Assembly: GCF_009914755.1 (NCBI RefSeq)
Contig: NC_060929.1
Source of the DNA: the human T2T-CHM13v2.0 reference genome, Homo sapiens
Reading direction: 5' to 3' (one strand)
DNA: 64,000 nt
Positions 44,838 through 64,000 of this stretch are shown one piece after another. A model generated the notes under the pieces. It was not told the DNA's origin and did not search any database. It saw nothing but the letters and a program-made list of their open reading frames with translations. Made by a program: the position numbers and the translations under genes. Within the stretch, counting starts at the first letter, position 1, and each line of letters opens with the position of its first letter.

Positions 44838-45181
44838 CCTTGGAGTCCATTTTGTGATGTTGTTGCAGAATACCTGAGACTGGAAATATAATGAACAAAA
44901 ATTTATTGGCTCAAGGTGTTGAAGGCTGGACAGTCCAAAATCTGGGGATCAGAGTCTGTTGAGTGCCTTCCTGCTGTATTATCCCTTGGCAGAAGGCAAA
45001 AGGCCAAGAGAGAGCAAGAGAGGGCTGAACTTGTCCTTTATTTAACAGCACCCATCTCATCCATGAGGGGATTACCCTCATGACCTAATTACTTCCTAAG
45101 AGTTCCATTTCTTAATACTGTTATAATGGCCATTAAATTTCAACATGAGTTTTGGAAGGGACAAATATTCAAACTATAGCA
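44838..45181 (-). mobile_element. MaLR solo LTR (MST-type)
   Basis: Ends TTAAATTTCAACATGAGTTTTGGAAGGGACAAATATTCAAACTATAGCA, the reverse complement of an MST LTR start. Confidence 0.8.
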
Positions 45182-46192
45182 GAGGATCACAATCTAGTGT
45201 GGAGATAGATAAAATAAAATCAGTTTATTAATTATGAACAAAGGAGAATGTTCCTTTCAGAAATACTGTAGAAAAAAGTAATCAAATCACATCTGTAAAA
45301 AAATTTACTTGTAAACAGACAGTATTGAGATTCTCTGAACTTGATTTATCTCATTATTGACCAGACCTTGGTCATCCTTGCAGCTCCAGCTACATTTTTT
45401 TTTCTGAGATTAGTATCAGTTTTCAAACTTCCTTCACATAAATTGGGAGGCGAAAACAGGCGGAATTAGGCAGTTATTAGTATAGTATGTCAAATGTTCT
45501 TCCTCTTCCTTCTTTTGTCTTTCTCACTTTTGACAATGAAGAAATTGTGATGAATTAAGAACTATGAAGCCAATTGCTACAATAAGACTATCACCAGCAG
45601 CCTTCCTGGCAAATGTCTCTGGCTCAGAGTGAGAGCAATGTTCTAAAATATCTGTCCCCACCCACTGCTGGGCACAGAGTTTGGTGTCTGCTGCCTAGGG
45701 TTTCTGTTTGAGCTGAAGATTTTACTGGTTTTCCACTGAACTGAAAAAGAGTCTAAAAGTAATAATGGATAACATGTACTGAGCACTTAGACATTGACCT
45801 TAGGAACAAATGAGCCCCCAAGCATCCTCATCTCAGATTTGAGAAATAGCTTAAGACTAGTCAACTCCTATTTAAAAAGTAGCTCAGATAACCTAACCTC
45901 TACCCATTTTATTGGATCCATAACTGACTCATAAGTCTATTATCTAATTATATATTGCTTAGACATATTAAAATAAATTCGATTTTTCATGGCGAAATTC
46001 ACCATGTCTCATTTGAAAAGAGAAACATCATGTGAGTGAAAAGCACTCTAAGACTTATGAATTCCAATGTTAGCCCTTCTTTTATGAACTCAAGAGAACT
46101 GTCAGGTCACAACCTTATCTGTAATATTAATAATATGAGATAGCTGGCCAGCTTTCAGGATGTTTATGATAATACATATAAAAAGGCTTTTT

Positions 46193-46482
46193 TTTTTTTT
46201 TTTTGAGATGGTGTCTTGCTCTGTCGCCTAGGCTGGAGTGCAATGGTGCAATCTCGGCTCACTGAAAGCTCCGCCTCCTGGGTTCACGCCATTCTCCCGC
46301 CTCAGCCTCCCGAGTAGCTGGGACTACAGGCACCTGCCACCATGCCCGGCTAATTTTTTGTATTTTTAGTAGAGACGGGGTTCCACCGTGTTAGCCAGGA
46401 TGGTCTTGATCTGACCTCGTGATCCGCCCACCTCGGCCTCCCAAAGTGCTGGGATTACAGGCGTGAGCCACCGCGCCTGGCC
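46193..46482 (-). mobile_element. AluY with TSD TAAAAAGGCTTTTT
   Basis: AGCTCCGCCTCCTGGGTTCACGCCATTCTC and CGTGTTAGCCAGGATGGTC; many intact CpGs; TSD at 46179-46192 and 46484-46497. Confidence 0.95.
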
Positions 46483-47845
46483 GTAAAAAGGCTTTTTGAA
46501 GATTTTATACACACACAAGAATACCATATAAATTTAAATATATATAAATGAAAATAGAAATTGCTTTTTATTCAGATGTCTTTATTTAGAGTAGAAATTG
46601 TATTTTACTAAATACTGTGATGCCATTTCTTTGTGAGGCTTTATTTGCAAAGCCATGTCTAGTTTCTTAACTGGGAGTAATTTGTTTCTAAACACCTGTA
46701 TTACTTAAGTGTATTTTAAGTTATACTATACTAATATATGCACTGGTTAATACATGCTTAGGATCAAGGATGTCTTACCCAACTTTGAATCCCTCTTAGA
46801 ACATTATGCCTTATCCTAAATTGAAACTCAGTAAATATGTTGACATATTTATTGTTTGAATTCAACTTTTCCATAGAGCCAAGGTTAACATATGTGCTAA
46901 CATGACATCTTTAAATGAAAAGTTAATATATCTGACACCTAGAATGTGTAAAAAATGTATTTAGAACTTTTAAAATATTATTATTGTAATTACAATTACA
47001 ACAGTTATAATAATCATCTTTTTTTAGATGGTTCTTACTCAGGTCCATCCATAGTCTCTCAACCTTGGTACATACAATGGTCCAGTCTGTGCTCCTAAAA
47101 TAAAGTCTAATTATCCTAAATGAGAATTCAATTAATAACAACTTTCCTATTAGCTAAATAGTATATTTTACTAACTATTTATCTATTTGCAACTAAATTT
47201 ACATTAATATCATATAATTAATAACATGTAAATTATTAATTAATTTTATATAATATCATGTAATTACCAATATATAATTAACATATAAATATTAAATGAC
47301 TAGTATATTAGTTATTACATAAAGGTGTTATTATAACTTATTATTTAACTTAGATTAACTGAAGGAAAGATTCTTTTTGATAACGAGTAGAATGCAAATT
47401 GTTTATTATTCGATAAAAATTGTAGACACAAAAATTATTAACATTTTCTCTAAAACATCTAGAGGGTACATTATTTAAGATAGCCCAAGTTTCTGAATTG
47501 TTCTGGATTTCCCATGAAGCAATCTCAAGGTATTAAAACTGACCTTGTATATGTTCTCATGATAGAGGTAGAGATTCTTTTTCATTGCTAAAATGATTAT
47601 ACAGAAAGGAAAAAACATTCCTGAGGTGTTAAGTGGAGTGTCCAAAGGTCAGAGTAAGTCAGTGGACCCCTGACAACTGAGTCATTTTCTGGATAATCTG
47701 CATGATATGGTTGACCAGTCCTGCCCTCACACCTGGGAAAGAGGAATCTTTACTCTGGAACCGAAGACTGAGAAGATCCCACATATTACAAATAGCAATA
47801 CACAAAGATGTTTTGTTGTATTTGGGGTACATAAGAAAAGTTTTG

Positions 47846-48162
47846 GGCTGGGTGCAGTGGCTCAGGCCTATAATCCTAACACTTTGGGAGGCCAAAACGA
47901 GAGTACTGTTTGAGGCCAGGAGTTTGAGACCAGCCTGGGTAACACAGTGAGACACCATGTCTACAAAAGTAAAACTGTGGTGATGCACACCTGTCGTTCC
48001 AGCTACTCAGGAAGCTGAAGCAGGAGGATCTCTTGGGCCTGGGAGGTGGAGGCTGCACTGAGCCAGGATCATGCCACTGCACTTCAGCTTGGGTGACTAG
48101 AGCGAGACCCTGTCTCAACAACAACAACAACAACAAGAAAAACAACAACAACAACAAAGAAA
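47846..48162 (+). mobile_element. Alu (AluJ-like) with (CAA)n tail and TSD AGAAAAGTTTT
   Basis: GGCTGGGTGCAGTGGCTCAGGCC...GAGGCCAGGAGTTTGAGACCAGCCTGGGTAAC. Confidence 0.92.
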
Positions 48163-48270
48163 TAGAAAAGTTTTTGGAGGTTTGGTAATAACTTGGGTTA
48201 TGAAAATTACAGGAAAAGGACAATTGATCTGAACGGAGCCACTCATACCAGAGGGGAAGTGTGTGGAGGC

Positions 48271-48316
48271 TGTGTGTGTGTGTGTGTGTGTGTGTTTATG
48301 TGTGTGTGTGTATGTG
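48271..48316. repeat. (TG)n microsatellite, interrupted
   Basis: Read directly. Confidence 0.9.
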
Positions 48317-49199
48317 TTTGTTGGAGGGTGGTGAGATGAGAAAATTACAATCTTTGTCTGGGAAAACCAGAGAGTGTTCAAGCTTCACGGTCCCAAATAT
48401 CTGAAAGTGGGTGGCGTAGCTAGACCTGCCTGGAAATTCTGACTCAGAAAAGTGATGTATTGGGGGAGGAAAGTTGCTCTCTCTGGCTCGTTGGGAAGCC
48501 TGACTTGTCATAGGTCCAGGCAGGATCTGTCACCACCCAGGCTCTGCCCTGCCTTGTTACCTCAGGTCCTTATTTCCAGTTAGGCTGCTAGACAGCTAGA
48601 CAGCTAGGCTGGCTGGGAAAATCGTGCCCCCTTCAGCCTCTAGATCCCATATTCTATATCTAAGGAACAGTTTTGGGTGAGAGTGGGGAATCTGCGGGGA
48701 ACTAGTCTAGGCTATGAAAATAGTTTGATTTATAATCTTTAGATATTTAGAAACATGTTTATGGGTCTCTTGCCCTGGAATCTGCAAATGTTGGAAGAAG
48801 GCTTGTAGCCTTCCTCACTGCTTCACTGATCCCCATCATCTCCATCTGGAAAGAAATCTGTTTCAATAGTCTCGCCCATCTCAAGAGAACACGTTAGTAT
48901 TGCTAAATATTGGAGAAAAAATTACCAATCCCCCAAGAAACTTCCAAAAAATATGATTGCTGAGTAAAACGACCACCACTAAACCAAACTTAATCTAACA
49001 AATATATTTTCCTTATGAAGTTGCATGGGTATTGGCAGATTCCTAGAAATTGATTTACTCTTTCCTGTTTTTAGATGAGAAATTTGAAGTCAAGAGGACT
49101 GAGTGAATTTTCCCTGCTGAGCTTTTTATTCAATATCCATATGATGTGCCAAGAAGGAAGGGCTAACAGGATCATTAGAAATGATTTAAGAGGATATAA

Positions 49200-49640
49200 A
49201 GTCACATAAGGATCCTAGTTTAGTTACAACGGTCATTTAAAATGGTGCTGGCATTTGAAGGAGAAATGAATAAAGGAGAGAAAGGGAGCCATATGAATAT
49301 AGAAAAGAAGAATATTAAATGCAGAAAGAACTGGAAAACAGATCCCTGAGGTAGAAGGGAATATGTTTGTTATGTTAAGACAGTGAACGAGGGGAAAGAG
49401 CAGTGAAAAAGGTGATCCTAGAGGTAGCCAGGACCCAATCATATAGGGCTCTATGAACATAATCAGGGCTTTAAATTTTATGCAGAGTGAAATGGGCAGA
49501 ACTGAAAGGCTGATACCAGGGTAATGACATACTCTGATTTACGAGGGTGGAGGATCCCCATGGCTGCTGTGTGGCAGAGACTGAAGAAGACAAGAGTGTA
49601 ATGGGGAGACAGTTAGAACACAGCACATTAAAGGCAACTA
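49200..49640 (-). mobile_element. L2 fragment
   Basis: GGATCCCCATGGCTGCTGTGTGGCAGAGACTG...GGGGAGACAGTTAG resembles antisense L2. Confidence 0.6.
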
Positions 49641-49856
49641 GTGACCCAAAGTTCCTTCTGCACACTTTACTTCCTCCTGTGAGAGTTGACAAGTTCTTTG
49701 AAAACCACAAACTTTTTATTATCTTTAAATTTGTTATAGCTCTTTGATACTTCCTTTAAATTTACGATTTTATAGGGCAGGGTAAGCTATTCTTTCTTTC
49801 ACTTCTTTCATTCCCTTTATTCCCAGTGGGGATACAAATTTTTTAAGATGATATAA

Positions 49857-50160
<304 letters not shown>

Positions 50161-53100
50161 AAAACATTGTTTTCTGTTGTAATAGTTATTATTAATATAA
50201 AATGCAGCAAAATTAACATATTAAAGTAAGTAATATCAATAATAATTTATCTTCTAGAATAGCCTTTGATAGTACACCTTTCTCAGCTAAACAAATTAAG
50301 CCTGAAATATATGCAAATTTATGTATGTATATTTAGTTTATTTTATATACTACTATGTGTGTGTATAAATTACGCACTATAGAGCATTATAAAAATATAT
50401 ATTTTAAATAATTTTAAAAGGCAGAATATAAACAGAATTGTGACTATTATATTACTGCACTCTGATAGATCATTCCACGCACCCCTGGAGCATGTGCAGT
50501 CCACTTTGGACACATCACCAAAATTGTGCAGGCTTAATTCTGATTACATAAACATTAATAGTCAGCTTGTCCATTGCAACTGGAGCGACCTATTTCTATC
50601 ATTCCAGAAAAGGGTCATGCTGCCTGTGAATTTGGAGATTTTGAGGCCCATCTCCAGGACAGAGTTCAGAAGAAGACGAAAATCATGGAAAAGACTGAGT
50701 AGGTGAGACAGTATGAGAGAAGGAAGGGAGACAGAAAATACTCTGAGGTCCACCCAAGAGAGCTCTGTGCAAACTGAGAAATGATTTAAAGAGAAAAGTA
50801 CAGAAATGCTCTGCTCCACCTCCCAGGTTCTGTATGTTTCTGACTAGTTTATTATGACATTATTTTCCCTCTGTATTATACTATAACTGTATACCTTTCT
50901 AGATAATATGGACATAACTCAGATTTTTTTCTTCTAGCTAACAACGTCTCCATATACTTCTAATAGCCATGTCTACATCTGTATTCATCTCCATGTTTAT
51001 ATCTCTAAATGGAGATATATGTGAATATTATCTGTCTATCTACCTATATATCTCTATCATTTATATACCTCTCCATATATTTGTGGAATTTTTGTTGGAA
51101 TACTTCACCTAACATATAGATGTATCAATATTTATGCAACGTGTTCTACATATGGTGTCTTGAGAGAAGGGAGGAAGGACATTCACCTGCTGAATACAAA
51201 GCATTAACTTGTATTGTCATCTCCACCTTCATTTCTCCACTACTGACTTGAAAATGAACAGAGGCATGGAATGGATGTTTAATTTGAAAAGTGACCCAAT
51301 GGACTTGAGAAAAATAGAGTATTTCACAATGCCTTCAATAGGTGAAATAATTGAAATTTCCCATTATTGCATGCACAAACTAAATATAATTTTGAATAAC
51401 CTTAAGATTCTGGGTGAATCGGTTGGAAAGTGCACAATTCACTAGAGCAAGTCACCATAGTATCTTGTATTTATTCTGATTCTCAAAGTAAGTAGATTAT
51501 TTTCCCCTTAATATTAGTTGTCCTCTTCCTTTATGTAGGCTTTTCTCTCCTACACTGTTGATTTTCTTCAACTATCTGATGATTCTCCATTATCAGTTCA
51601 TGTTTAAGAACAAAAAAAAGACCAGGTCACCTGCTATGGTTAGATGGTGTGGGAATCTTCTGCGATTGACTTTTTTTTTTTTCCTAACAAATCTTTCCTT
51701 TGAAGGGTAGTACTGGCTATTGCTCTATACATATGAGCAGAGTGTTTTCACAGGCCAACTTTGTCTTAGGTCACATAACCTAAAGAGCAGCCCTTCCCCT
51801 GACCTCTTGTACCACAACAACCAGAGCTTTATTTTACCATGCCAAGGCTCACAGTTGGAACTTCAGCCTTTCCTAACACATTACTAAAATTTTCACAAAC
51901 AGCTCTTTCTCTTTAACTTGGAGCAAATAAACTCTGTATCATGACAGCCATTTGCTTTTAATTATAAGGGTGGGTTTGCAGGAGAAATCAATGGGGCTGA
52001 CTAGATGCTCCCACTAATTATAAGTCCCTAAATAAAATACCACAAATATTCCCCAATAATCCTACTGTTGGTTCAAGATGGCAGAGTACCCTCATTTGTG
52101 AATAGAGTGCACCTATTTTGAAATTCAAGGTCTTTTGGGGTGCTCAGCTTTATGGTCTGCCAAACTCTTTTGCTGATAGGTGCTCCCTTATTTCACGTAG
52201 TTATATTTTAATGAAATAAAAAAAAACAAAATAAGCAAACAAAATCAGATTATCTGTGGAGATTTTTATTGCCTGAAAAATAGTGTACATTGCTTCCAAA
52301 AACCTGAGTAATAAATTGTTATGTCCATAAGGAGATTTTACCATCCAAGCTGCTCAGAATCACCCTCCTTCAATCAGCCCTACAGTCAACAACTATGTGA
52401 GCTTTCCGCAAGCTAACTTCCGTGCTGATAGATTGGCCGCATTCCAATGTCCCAGGGTGGGAGATTCTGCCAAATTATCTCAGGCAAAGAATGCTTTGTA
52501 GGTGACACTGATGAGACAACTCGAGAAGCCAGCTGTGATGTGGGTGGAAAATCCATGCTTCACCATCACGCAGAAGGTTGGACTTTGCTGGCTCTCAGCT
52601 GCCCTTAAATTTGGAATGGAGCATAATGGTGCTCTTCTTTTCTTGCCAGATCTCAGAAGGCATAAGGGCATTCTTGATTAGGTTTTCTACTTACTTTCAA
52701 GCAGTTATCACACATCCTGCTGCCTGGAAACAGAATAAGTCAGCAGCTAGTCCCTGAAAACATATGATTATCCTGGCAATGTTTGACCTGTTAAAACATA
52801 ACTTGTACCCCAATAGTTTGCAACCTTCACAGTGGTTGTCGACACTCTAGACCAGCACCCAAAAACTTAATTAATACATAATCTGGTTGAATTAGAAGTA
52901 AAAGGAACCTGATCCACAGTCCCAAATGTAAGTAATGAGTTTTGAGATATTCTTCTCAGCCACAAAGGTAGAAGCAAACAACACAACAGCAAAATGATAA
53001 GAAAAGCATTCAGTGAGTTCTCTGCCATCACTCAGCTATTTCTTTCAAGTGTATCACTGCCCTCTCACATTCATCCTTATTATTTCAGTTAGGTTAATTT

Positions 53101-53209
53101 ACTTTAAAAAAATTTGATTTGTATTTTCCTTACTTAAAAAATTTCAAGAATTTGTCGACAGTTTCTGTTTTCTCTTCCCAATTCTTTGAAACTCATATTT
53201 GTTTTTCTT

Positions 53210-53930
53210 TCCTCAGGAATAAAGATTTAATAGAAACATTCAAACAGAAGCCATGTCTGTGTCTCAGGCAGTGGTGAGACCTGCACCATTACCTGCCAGA
53301 CCCAGGGATTATATACCATAGGGGAAGGGCACACTTGCTTCATAGAGAATGGGTGGGAATTTGCCTTAAAGGCAGGATTTACAGTATTTGTTCATAAGGG
53401 ACAATAGATATACTGAAAATCTGAGGCACTCCTGGAACTGAGGTTAATCAGAAGCCCACATGGAAGATTAGCATTCAAGATGGAGTTGCTTTGGCTTCCA
53501 CACTCCACCTCCCTAGTTTGGCTCTTACAATCTCACTTGCCTTCCTCTTCTATAATGGTCGCTGAGCCTTTAGGGAGAGTGTTTGATATGGTATAGCTTT
53601 AGCAGCAGTGTGTTGGCAATGGAAAACAGATCGGGCCAGTAGGATTCCAAATGAGGGAGAGTCACAGGCTTTGTTGGATCATCTCTAGTCTTCAGAATAA
53701 CATGACTTCAGTTTTCACAAAAGAAGTAGAACAACAAAATATATAACAGTAATAATTTGAATAGTAGAAATATAATATACACAAGGATTACAATCAAAAG
53801 AGAATTGGTATTCCAGAAGAACAGCAACAAAAAAATCTTATTCCATCAGGGAGTCAAACAAAAGCATCAAGAAGAAAAGTGAAACCCAATTCTTTTTTAG
53901 AGACTTTTTGTAAGCAGAAAATAACTCAGG
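53210..53930 (-). mobile_element. MER31-like ERV1 remnant: 3' LTR (about 53210-53501) plus adjacent internal sequence
   Basis: On minus, LTR begins TGTGGAAGCCAAAGCAACTCCATCTTG and is immediately preceded by a purine tract (AGGGAGGTGGAG, PPT-like). Confidence 0.7.
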
Positions 53931-54117
53931 GAAAAAAGTCTTTCCTTTTACTTTCTCTGTGACACCACCATTTCTTGGCAAAGTCAATTACTTCCTAGTA
54001 TTTACTACTTTGGAAACATAAATTTTATGATTTTATTACTAGCAGTAGTGTTGAACATATTTTTATAATTGTGGTGGTTCCTTATGTTAAATTTTCTTTC
54101 TTTTTTTTTTTTTTTTT

Positions 54118-54180
54118 ATCAGTTTAGAAGTTTATTTTGCCAAGGTTAAGGACATTCCTGTGCCACAGTCTTAGGAGGTC
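54118..54180 (-). mobile_element. 63-bp MER4-like LTR fragment between two poly(A) tracts (L1 3' transduction)
   Basis: Minus strand GACCTCCTAAGACTGTGGCACAGGAATGTCCTTAACCTTGGCAAAATAAACTTCTAAACTGAT followed by poly(A). Confidence 0.8.
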
Positions 54181-54463
54181 TTTTATTTTACTTTATTTTA
54201 TTTTATTTTATTTTATTTTATTTTATTTTATTATTTTATTTTATTTTATGTTATTATTATTATACTTTAAGTTTTAGGGTACATGTGCACAATATGCAGG
54301 TTAGTTACATATGTATACATGTGCCATGCTGGTGTGCTGCACCCATTAACTCGTCATTTAGCATTAGGTATATTTCCTAATGCTATCCCTCCCCACTCCC
54401 GCCACCCCACAACAGTCCCCAGAGTGTGATGTTCCCCTTCTAGTGTCCATGTATTCTCATTGT

Positions 54464-58282
<3,819 letters not shown>

Positions 58283-58345
58283 TATAGTGTTAGCTGGTTA
58301 TTTTGCTCGTTAGTTGATGCAGTTTCTTCCTAGTCTCGATGGTTT

Positions 58346-59362
58346 TTACATTTTGGCATGATTTTGTAGTGGCTGGTACTGGTTGTTCCTTTCCATGTTT
58401 AGTGCTTCCTTCAGGAGCTCTTTTAGGGCAGGCCTGGTGGTGACAAAATCTCTCAGCATTTGCTTGTCTGTAAAGTATTTTATTTCTTCTTCGTTTATGA
58501 AGCTTAGTTTGGCTGGCTATGAAATTCTGGGTTGAAAATTCTTTTCTTTAAGAATGTTGAATATTGGCCTCCCCCTCTCTTCTGACTTGTAGAGTTTCTG
58601 CCAAGAGATCTGCTGTTAGTCTGATGGGCTTCCCTTTGTGGGTAACCCGACCTTTCTCTCTGGCTGCCCTTAACATTTTTTCCTTCATTTCAACTTTGGT
58701 GAATCTGACAATTATGTGTCTTGGTGTTGATCTTCTCGAGGAGTATCTTTGTGGCATTCTCTGTATTTCCTGAATCTGAATGTTGGCCTGCCTTGCTAGA
58801 TTAGTGAAGTTCTCCTGGATAATATCCTGCAGAGTGTTTTCCAACTTGGTTCCATTCTCCCTGTCACTTTCAGGTACACCAATCAGATGTAGATTTTGTC
58901 TTTTCATATAGTCCCATATTTCTTGGAGGCTTTGTTCATTTGTTTTTACTGTTTTTTCTCTAAACTTCCCTTCTCGCTTCATTTCATTCATTTCATCTTC
59001 CATCACTGATACCCTTTCTTCCACTTTATTGCATCTGCTCCTGAGGCTTCTGCATTCTTCAAATAGTTCTCGAGCCTTGGCTTTGAGCTCCGTCAGCTCC
59101 TTTAAGCACTTCTCTGTATTGGTTATTCTAGTTATACATTTGTCTAAATTTTTTTCAAAGTTTTTAACTTCTTTGCCTTTGGTTTGAATTTCCTCCTGTA
59201 GCTCGGAGTAGTTTGATCATCTGAAGCCTTCTTCTCTCAACTCGTCAAAGTCATTCTCCATCCAGCTTTGTCCCGTTGCTGGTGAGGAGCTGCATTCCTT
59301 TGCAGGAGGAGAGTCACTCTGTTTTTAGAGTTTCCAGTTTTTCTGCTCTGTTTTTTCCCCAT
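58346..59362 (-). pseudogene. L1 ORF1p remnant (frameshifted)
   Basis: ORF fragments 59237-59461 and 58548-59024 (QSLQEIWDY..., PRHIIVRFTKVEMKEKMLRAAREKG). Confidence 0.92.
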
Positions 59363-60900
59363 CTTTGTGGTTTTATCTCCTTTTGGTCTTTGATGATGGT
59401 GATGTACACATGGGTTTTTGGTGTGGATGTCCTGTTTGTTAGTTTTCCTTCTAACAGACATGACCCTCAGCTGCAGGTCTGTTGGAGTTTGCTAGAGGTC
59501 CACTCCAGACCTGTTTGCCTGGGTATCAGCAGCAGTGGCCGCAGAACAGAGGATTTTCATGAACCGCGAATGCTGCTGTCTGATTGTTCCTCTGGAAGTT
59601 TTGTCTCAGAGGAGTACCTGGCCGTGTGAGGTGTCAGTCTGCCCCTACTGGGGGGTGCCTCCCAGTCAGGGGCAGGGACCCACTTGAGGAGGCAGTCTGC
59701 TCCTTCTCAGATCTCCAGCTGCATGCTGGGAGAACCACTGCTCTCTTCAAAGCAGTCAGACAGGGACATTTAAGTCTGCAGAGGTTACTGCTGTCTTTTT
59801 GTCTGTGCCCTGCCCCCAGAGGTGGAGCCTACAAAGGCAGGCAGGCCTCCTTTTGCTGTGGTGAGCTCCACCCAGTTCGAGCTTCCTGGCTGCTTTGTTG
59901 ACCTGAGCAAGCCTGGGCAATGGCGGGTGTCCCTCCCCCAGCTTCGCTGCCACCTTGCAGTTTGATATGAGACTGCTGTGCTAGCAATCAGTGAGACTCC
60001 GTGGGTGTACGACCCTCCAAGCCAGGTGCAGGCTATAATCTCCTGGTGTGCCATTTTTTAAGCCCATTGGAAAAGTGCAGTATTAGGGTGGGAGTGACCC
60101 GATTTTCCAGGTGCCATCTGTCACCCCTTTCTTTGACTAGGAAATGGAACTCCCTGACCCCTTGCACTTCCCGAGTGAGGCAATGCCTCGTCCTGCTTTG
60201 GCTCGTGCATGGTGCGCTGCTCCCAGTGCCCTGCGCCCACTGTCTGGCACTCCCTAGTGAGATGAACCCCGTACCTCAGATGGAAATGCAGAAATCACTC
60301 ATCTTCTGTGTCACTCAGGCTGGGAGCTGTGGACCGGAGCTGTTTGTATTCGGCCATCTTGGCTGCCCTCGTCTCTCCTTATGATAAATATTCTGTGCTG
60401 TACTTAAAGGTATGTACTGTGGCTTATTTATCTTTGTATTCCCAGAACCCAAGGATCCAAATTATTTCTTCAAATTCATGATCACTCTACACAGTTTTGG
60501 AATTTCTTTACAGGTGGTATACTGAGGGGAAAACATGCTTCATGGACACAAGATTTAGAAAATATTATACTTTTTTTAACCACATAATTTTCAGTACCAT
60601 TTATAAGGCAATGTGCACAGAACAGTTGCTAGATTCTAGATTGAGATGTAAACTCATTTTACAAGTTATAACTTTTTTTGTACCTATTTAGGTACCCTGA
60701 AATAGTATTCTGTAAAATACATTTAGAAACAACAAATATACAGAATCATTCTAGCTTAAAGGGCATAAATTTTCATGGATTATTTATGAATTTTCCAAAA
60801 AATGAAATTAGAAATTATTTTATTTATGATGATTTATATAATAGAAATTCTAGATTCTATTAGAAAGTCTTTCTTTTGAACTCAACTGACTGTTAGACCT

Positions 60901-63496
<2,596 letters not shown>

Positions 63497-64000
63497 GACC
63501 TTCTTCCACTCTCTTCTATTCAGCTTGCCAAAATTTGCCACGCTATTCAATTCTAACAGGGTTTGTTTTGAAAAACTGATTAAACAATTAATTTAAATAC
63601 TAATTATGAACACCCATTCTATAACTTCTGAGTATTAATATAACTAGAAAAAGATTGCTTTACATTCAAGGCATACTCAAGAATGTTAGGGGATTTATTT
63701 AGTACACTGATGATTTCTGATTTTCTCACATTCAGGAAATAACTTTAAAAGATACCTGAAGATTGATGAGAGAGAGGGATAGAGAGAGAAGGAGAAAGAG
63801 AGTGAGAATGAGATATATATATATATCATAAATATATATTTCCTCTTCCTCTTCCTTCTTTTTCTTCTTTGTTGAGAATTGACTTCCTCGGGATATTTTT
63901 GTTTCCCAAAGGTGCTATTCACTTTCAAAGTCACACCTGACTGTAGTGACAGAATGTCTATCTGATTTAATTCACAGGGCACCAGAAAGAACTTGGAGAT

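Noticed and set aside
47160-47360. Extremely AT-rich quasi-repetitive tract (also 38340-38420) as a possible matrix-attachment or unwinding element
   Set aside because: Ordinary low-complexity sequence in an AT-rich region; nothing supports a function.
52490-52590. Minus-strand peptide AWIFHPHHS loosely resembling the HCN motif FWIIHPYS
   Set aside because: Flanking residues show no HCN similarity and the frame has nearby stops; a chance match.

Overview
Primate (very likely human) genomic DNA spanning the 5' end of HCN1, the hyperpolarization-activated cyclic nucleotide-gated channel 1 gene, on the minus strand. Coding exon 1 (ATG at 7267 to the splice donor after 6843, 425 nt) lies in a CpG island at about 6340-7640. 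Bases 1-6842 are the start of intron 1 and contain a REST/NRSF RE1 element. The remaining ~56 kb upstream is gene-poor, AT-rich and full of interspersed repeats: Alus, L1 fragments, L2/MIR, LTR33/LTR41/MST/MER31 LTRs, a MER44 DNA transposon, a full-length but inactivated L1PA3-like element and a complete THE1D MaLR provirus. I found no second protein-coding gene and no wholly new biological system. The most interesting sequence-level observations are: (1) the full-length L1 carries a 63-bp 3' transduction of a MER4-like LTR piece with its own AATAAA and second poly(A), all inside one target-site duplication; (2) a (CCG)8 repeat in the probable HCN1 5'UTR sits in open reading frames, including the HCN1 frame; (3) an old L1M whose 5' end and ORF1 are fused directly to its 3' end. 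Repeat subfamily names are from memory of consensus sequences and need RepeatMasker/Dfam confirmation.
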